NCBI GenBank assembly: GCA_038087875.1 | Contig: CM075977.1 | Span: 127,844,001-127,908,000 of the forward strand | Length of the DNA: 64,000 nt | Direction: 5' to 3' | Source of the DNA: Malacoraja senta | Lineage: Eukaryota | Part shown: positions 61,201-64,000 of the stretch, one piece after another | Layout: each line of letters begins with the position of its first letter | Numbering within the stretch: the first letter of the stretch is position 1 | Program-made: the position numbers and the translations under genes | The notes under the pieces: generated by a model | Told to the model about the DNA's origin: nothing | The model's database searches: none | Seen by the model: the letters and a program-made list of their open reading frames with translations, nothing else

Positions 61201-62492
61201 ACTGCCTGGATTAGAAGGTATTAACTATAAGGAGGTTGGACAAACTTGGATTGTTTTCCTTGAGTACAGGAGACCTGACAGGAGTATGTAAAATTATAAA
61301 AGGCATTCAGAGAGTTGACATTCAGAACCTTTCTCCTGGGGTGGAAATGTGAACGACTAGAAGCTATAAACTGAAGCTAAACCATGTTTTTGAACATTTT
61401 GGACGAGCTTTAGTCCAAGGGGAAAAGTTTAAAGGACATTTGCAGGGCAAGTTTTTTTTATACAGAGAGTGGTAGCTACCTCGAATGCATTGCCGGGGAT
61501 AGTGGCTTTTAAGGGCATTTAGGTAGGTGCATAGATATGTAGGATATGGAGATATAGGTAGAGATATGGATCACCTGTAAGAAGTTGAGATTAGTTTAAC
61601 TTTGCATCATGTTCAGCACATACATTGTGGGCCAATGCCTATTCCTTTGCTGTATTGTTCTACGGTTTAAATATATATTTTTTACTTTCAATCATTGCAG
61701 CAAATGCTACAGGAGGCTATAGACTTTTTGTTGACATGTTAATGGATTTACTACATTGATTCACCGTAACCATGTGCTGTGATTTACTGCAGATGACTGA
61801 ATTACTGCAGGGGTTTCCATTTTAATGAGATTTCATTTCCATTGGATTACTAGCTTTTAAAAACAATGAAAAATAATGTAACAGTTCAAAATGTTAGCTT
61901 TATGCGATAACTAATGAATTATTTAATTGAGAAAATAAATCTGACTAACATATGCCTGGTAATTTTTTTCACCGATTTGTTATGATACATGAGACCCATT
62001 TCATTCAAAACCGTTGGAAATAAACTCATTGCAAAACACATTCACCTGAATCAAGCTTTCCCATATTGAGAACTAATGAGAATGGTACTTTGAAAATTAA
62101 TGTAGAGATATATATCAAAATATTGTTAACCAAAGTTTTTTCCTCTGCTGCAACTTAAAACCAACCTGATTTCTCCCTTTTCCAGTTCTGATGGTCTTTG
62201 ACCTGAAATGTAAATTCTCTTTCCATAGATGCTACTTGATCTGCTGAGTATTTCCAGCAATTTCTGTCTTTATTTAAAAAAAATTGCAGTGCCTGTTTAC
62301 CATACACTTCACTGCCAATTTTTATTTTCTAAATGACAGTAGTTAAGTCTTATCTGGGTTCTGCATGCAGTGTCTTATGTTTAAATGGTGACAGCAGCCT
62401 CACAGCACCAAAGAAAATACATGCAACTTACTTTGTTAAAATTAATCTGTTCTTTGAATGACGTATCCAGTTCAACGGTGTAAATGTGGTCT
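15070..62492 (-). CDS. SEMA6A: Semaphorin-6A, spliced CDS (5' partial; first coding exons lie beyond the window)
   Basis: 16 exons with GT-AG borders join in frame (61+63+102+94+120+89+218+132+156+174+141+78+59+21+162+1175=2845 nt). Peptides match the Sema6A-type Sema/PSI/TM/cytoplasmic sequence (e.g. [51 protein letters not shown]). Confidence 0.96.
17015..17233. mobile_element. Fold-back Penelope-like element with two back-to-back hammerhead cores
   Basis: Inverted arms ACACAAAGTGCTG...CAGCACTTTGTGT; TTCTTCAGA and TCTGAAGAA at the centre. Confidence 0.65.
17536..19012. mobile_element. Non-autonomous TIR DNA transposon (Academ-like ends inferred) inserted in a CR1 3' end
   Basis: TIR G(A/G)CCGTGGGCCGAGGTGC at 17537-17554 and 18993-19010; 4-bp TSD ACAT (17532-17535, 19013-19016); host CR1 AGGCACAT|GGATATG is split. 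Confidence 0.75.
17964..18075 (+). repeat. Interstitial telomeric-type repeat (TTAGGG/TCAGGG/CTAGGG variants)
   Basis: About 12 units at 17964-18033 plus about 4 at 18054-18075. Confidence 0.85.
19730..19935 (-). mobile_element. HE1-like SINE (5' truncated)
   Basis: (TTTAG)n tail and family core. Confidence 0.7.
20258..20652 (+). mobile_element. Tx1-like LINE 3' end
   Basis: Degenerate ...[22 protein letters not shown]-terminus, AATAAA and A-rich end. Confidence 0.6.
21080..21796 (+). mobile_element. CR1 LINE 3' fragment
   Basis: HLEYCVQFW motif and CR1 tail. Confidence 0.8.
21797..21993. mobile_element. Fold-back Penelope-like element
   Basis: About 70-bp inverted arms flanking a partly deleted hammerhead centre. 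Confidence 0.7.
26852..27541. mobile_element. Non-autonomous hAT-like DNA element with CpG-rich palindromic interior
   Basis: TIRs CATGGGCGGAAATC / GATATCCGCCCCTG; TSD not clearly preserved. Confidence 0.6.
28225..28386 (-). CDS. SEMA6A: SEMA6A stalk exon: [54 protein letters not shown]
   Basis: gacAG|GC TAC ... AAC G|GTAAGG; 162 nt; aligns to mammalian GHSSSLLPSTTT...EGYESRGGMLD exon. Confidence 0.88.
29300..31110. mobile_element. Nested TE cluster: old + strand CR1 interrupted by a fold-back element (about 29620-29895), a young - strand CR1 (about 29977-30725) and another CR1 tail (about 30760-30880)
   Basis: Host CR1 resumes after each insert; the young CR1 encodes [16 protein letters not shown]...[17 protein letters not shown]. 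Confidence 0.8.
31939..31989 (-). CDS. SEMA6A: SEMA6A 51-nt alternative cassette exon: [17 protein letters not shown]
   Basis: TTTTCTTCTTAG|AC TTA TCA ... CAT G|GTCAGT; same length, phase and position as mammalian DISTPLPDNEMSYNTVY (D-ST-----EMS--T shared). Confidence 0.85.
32183..32203 (-). CDS. SEMA6A: SEMA6A 21-nt microexon: (N)SFVALN(G)
   Basis: TTTTTTTTGCAG|AC TCA TTT GTG GCT CTG AAT G|GTAAGT; same peptide as the mammalian NSFVALN microexon. Confidence 0.93.
33820..34145 (+). mobile_element. Rex1/Babar-like LINE fragment
   Basis: [13 protein letters not shown] and ILSGCI-AWY motifs. Confidence 0.65.
34415..34642. mobile_element. Fold-back Penelope-like element
   Basis: Inverted arms; CTGAAGA...CGAAACGTCACC core. 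Confidence 0.65.
35410..35457 (-). CDS. SEMA6A: Candidate additional frame-preserving cassette exon ([16 protein letters not shown])
   Basis: Strong pyrimidine tract TCATCCCCTCCCATCTTCTTCCCTCAG, 48 nt, phase 1-1 like neighbouring stalk exons, no stop, donor TG|GTAATG; no homolog recalled. Confidence 0.4.
35956..36014 (-). CDS. SEMA6A: SEMA6A exon 16: [19 protein letters not shown]
   Basis: catAG|A TCA ... CAA A|GTAATC; 59 nt. Confidence 0.94.
36950..37230 (+). mobile_element. HE1-like SINE
   Basis: Family core and CR1-type tail. Confidence 0.8.
38688..38765 (-). CDS. SEMA6A: SEMA6A exon 15: [26 protein letters not shown] (PSI domain)
   Basis: tccAG|G GCT ... ACT AA|GTAAGT; 78 nt; [10 protein letters not shown] motif. 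Confidence 0.96.
   Translation of the reverse strand, partial: GLCCLSGPLLWLAEGGIMRAAVTDN
38880..39235 (+). mobile_element. CR1 LINE 3' end
   Basis: [17 protein letters not shown]-type sequence and (TATGAAC)n tail. Confidence 0.8.
39243..39383 (-). CDS. SEMA6A: SEMA6A exon 14: [47 protein letters not shown] (end of Sema, start of PSI)
   Basis: gtcAG|G TGC ... AAA AA|GTGAGT; 141 nt. Confidence 0.96.
39660..39928. mobile_element. DNA-transposon (Tigger/pogo-like MITE) fragment
   Basis: GC-rich block ending GGTGCACCTG(C/T)A; only one end is recognisable. Confidence 0.4.
39990..40163 (-). CDS. SEMA6A: SEMA6A exon 13: [58 protein letters not shown]
   Basis: aacAG|G TAT ... GAA AA|GTAAGT; 174 nt. 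Confidence 0.96.
41548..41833 (-). mobile_element. HE1-like SINE
   Basis: Family core and B-box. Confidence 0.75.
41976..42131 (-). CDS. SEMA6A: SEMA6A exon 12: [52 protein letters not shown]
   Basis: cacAG|G CCA ... GTC AG|GTTGGT; 156 nt. Confidence 0.96.
42258..42580 (-). mobile_element. CR1 LINE 3' end
   Basis: [22 protein letters not shown] peptide. Confidence 0.8.
45118..45249 (-). CDS. SEMA6A: SEMA6A exon 11: [45 protein letters not shown]
   Basis: tgcAG|C ATC ... CCA AG|GTACGC; 132 nt. Confidence 0.96.
45985..46202 (-). CDS. SEMA6A: SEMA6A exon 10: [49 protein letters not shown]...STPYN
   Basis: tacAG|GTT CTT ... AAC AG|GTAAAC; 218 nt; CKND-GG and KARLNCS motifs. Confidence 0.97.
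47058..47363 (-). mobile_element. HE1-like SINE
   Basis: Family core. Confidence 0.7.
48187..49039 (-). mobile_element. Young 5'-truncated L2-clade LINE
   Basis: Uninterrupted ORF of more than 220 aa ([35 protein letters not shown]); (CTTGA)n tail; TSD GTATTAGT at 48179-48186 and 49040-49047. Confidence 0.9.
49961..50235 (+). mobile_element. Penelope-like pLTR with 5' inverted duplication and hammerhead core
   Basis: 61-bp inverted repeat (49961-50021 / 50045-50105), then CTGAAGA-A-GGGTctcgACCC-GAAA-TGTC at 50140-50167. Confidence 0.7.
50138..50170 (+). ncRNA. Minimal type-I hammerhead ribozyme-like motif
   Basis: CUGAAGA core, helix II GGGU/ACCC, GAAA, GUC cleavage triplet; family consensus GAAACGUC. 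Confidence 0.55.
50697..50785 (-). CDS. SEMA6A: SEMA6A exon 9: [30 protein letters not shown]
   Basis: tacAG|AA CCT ... GGA AAG|GTAGTG; 89 nt. Confidence 0.95.
51300..51419 (-). CDS. SEMA6A: SEMA6A exon 8: (E)[39 protein letters not shown]
   Basis: tccAG|AA GGT ... AAA G|GTGAGT; 120 nt. Confidence 0.96.
53245..53678 (-). mobile_element. CR1 LINE 3' fragment
   Basis: CR1 3' motifs. Confidence 0.75.
53775..53868 (-). CDS. SEMA6A: SEMA6A exon 7: [31 protein letters not shown]
   Basis: ttcAG|TTG GAG ... GCT G|GTAAG; 94 nt; G-ARCPYD motif. Confidence 0.95.
54567..54998 (-). mobile_element. Young CR1 LINE 3' end (same subfamily as 29977-30725)
   Basis: [19 protein letters not shown]...[10 protein letters not shown] intact; (CTATGTAT)n tail. 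Confidence 0.88.
56480..57010 (+). mobile_element. Rex1/Babar-like LINE 3' fragment
   Basis: [20 protein letters not shown]...[16 protein letters not shown]. Confidence 0.75.
58338..58770 (-). mobile_element. CR1 LINE 3' end
   Basis: [24 protein letters not shown] peptide. Confidence 0.8.
59513..59614 (-). CDS. SEMA6A: SEMA6A exon 6: [34 protein letters not shown]
   Basis: tttAG|GAT GAA ... TAC AAG|GTATGT; 102 nt; semaphorin CGTNAFNP motif. Confidence 0.96.
59902..59964 (-). CDS. SEMA6A: SEMA6A exon 5: [21 protein letters not shown]
   Basis: cacAG|AAG TTA ... CAT AAG|GTAAGT; 63 nt. Confidence 0.95.
60260..61665. mobile_element. Cluster of CR1 3' ends (60260-60730 and 61190-61665, + strand) with a SINE-like piece between them
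   Basis: [19 protein letters not shown] peptide; CR1 tails. Confidence 0.7.
62432..62492 (-). CDS. SEMA6A: SEMA6A exon (approx. human exon 4): [20 protein letters not shown]
   Basis: tatAG|A GAC CAC ... AAC AAA|GTAAGT; 61 nt. Confidence 0.92.
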
Positions 62493-62944
62493 CTATAATT
62501 AGAACAAAACATCGACATGTTCATTTCAGGCTTCAAGCATGGTGTGTAGAATCTTATCACACTAAACAGACAGCAAGTCGGGAAGAGCAAATCATTCAAT
62601 TTTAAATGCTTCACCACATAATAATACAACTATTACTGATGCGTTAGAAAAGACTTTGGTCAATAGATTATTCATAAAATAGAGCAAATTGTTTTCCCAG
62701 TAGCTCTTTGCTGAATGAGCAGGACAGGTGAGAGCCCAGATCTGTCCAGGGATTCTGCTGGCAGCTGCCATTGCCTAGCACTGGCCATTTGTACACCAGG
62801 CGAGGACATGATCATCTTCTGCCCTAATTCCTCTGCTCCACCCATTCTTCTGTTAGGGATTAAAATATCTATACTCATCACCACAGCCTTCAAATGAATG
62901 AGAGCGTGTAATGCCTTAGTTTGGGGCACCAATAATGTGTAGGG

Positions 62945-63210
62945 TAGTTTGGAGATACAGTGTGGAAACAGGTCCTTATGCCCACCAAATCCACACCGAT
63001 CATTGAAAACCCGTACACTAGTTCTATTTATTTCAGTTTCACATCTTACGCACTAGGGGCAATTTACAGAAGCCAAATAACTTACAAACCTGCACTTCTC
63101 TGGAATGTCGGGGGAAACCGGAGCACCCTGTGAAAAACCACATGGTCACAGGGAGAAGGTGCAAACCCCGCAGAGACAGCACCCATAGTCAAGATGGAAC
63201 CTCAGTCTCC
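62945..63210 (-). mobile_element. HE1-like SINE
   Basis: Family core. Confidence 0.7.
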
Positions 63211-63399
63211 AGTTATCATGATGCAACCCAATTCTTTGGAAGCAGATATGAAATGAAACATTGAAAATAAACTGTCCTTTAAAGGACAGTTGACTCTGTG
63301 AGAGTGGTGAGGGTAGATTTCAGCTACAGGACGATAGCAATTGGTATCAGGGAAAGAGAAATGGCAGATGGAACTTAATCCTGGAAAAAGTAGTTGATG

Positions 63400-64000
63400 C
63401 ATTTAGGGAATTCTAATAAGATTCAGATATATAATTATGAGGAGCACAGAAAGAGTAGGCTGTTAAAAATTATTGGGCAGTCCATAAGATTCCTGAGGGA
63501 TAGAGGGCCCTTGGTATACAGGTTCAAGCATCTTCAAAGGTAGTGACAGAGGAGATTCGCCAGGATTTTGCCTGGGATGGATAATTTGGGTGATGAGGAG
63601 AGATTGAATAGATTCATTGAGAGCTTAGTTTTGACTGGAGCAGAGAAGGCTGACGTGAGACCTGAATGAGGTACACAGAATTATGAAGAGGAAACATAAG
63701 GTAGGTAGTGAGAAAATGTCCCTCTCTGTTGAGGTGTCGATGATGAGATGGCATAGTTTAAGATAAGGGAAAAGAGAGCTGGGGAACTTGAGGAAGTATG
63801 TTTCTCACTCAGAGGATGGTTGAAACCTTGAATTCTCTGCCTGACAGAGGCAAGTACTCTCACAACATTTAGGAAGTATTTAGGGAAGCAATTGAAACGC
63901 TATGGCACAGAAGGCTGTAGGCTGATTGCTGGGAAATGGGATGAGTTTAGACAGGCTGTCAATCCCCTGCACTGACCTGGTGGATAAAGGGCCTGTTCCT
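63400..64000 (+). mobile_element. Old CR1 LINE fragment
   Basis: Degenerate CR1 ORF2 C-terminus and 3' end. Confidence 0.65.

Noticed and set aside
15070-62492. Alternative identity as SEMA6D, 6B or 6C
   Set aside because: The NSFVALN microexon, [20 protein letters not shown] and the C-terminal tail are Sema6A-type.

Overview
Vertebrate genomic DNA, almost certainly a cartilaginous fish (skate/ray-like, inferred from HE1-type SINEs and the CR1 3' tails). The window holds most of a semaphorin-6A gene (SEMA6A) on the minus strand. Sixteen coding exons between 62492 and 15070 all have GT-AG borders and splice in frame (2845 nt, about 947 aa from DHIYTV to the stop). They cover most of the Sema domain, the PSI domain, the stalk, the TM helix and the proline-rich tail; the start and signal-peptide exons lie beyond base 64000. 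I also found a 51-nt cassette exon homologous to the mammalian DISTPLPDNEMSYNTVY insert, a candidate unannotated 48-nt in-frame stalk exon, and a 3' UTR of about 2.6 kb with miR-27/miR-23/miR-124 seed matches. The rest is repeat-rich intron and intergenic DNA. The most unusual items are: (1) a high-copy fold-back element carrying minimal hammerhead-ribozyme cores on both strands (Penelope-like); (2) a TIR transposon carrying variant telomeric repeats; (3) a twin-primed (5'-inverted) L1 insertion with its TSD; (4) a young L2 LINE that looks teleost-like; (5) a hAT-like element with a perfect 23-bp GC hairpin. Exon numbers and comparisons with human SEMA6A are from memory, repeat family names are pattern-based, and no database searches were run.
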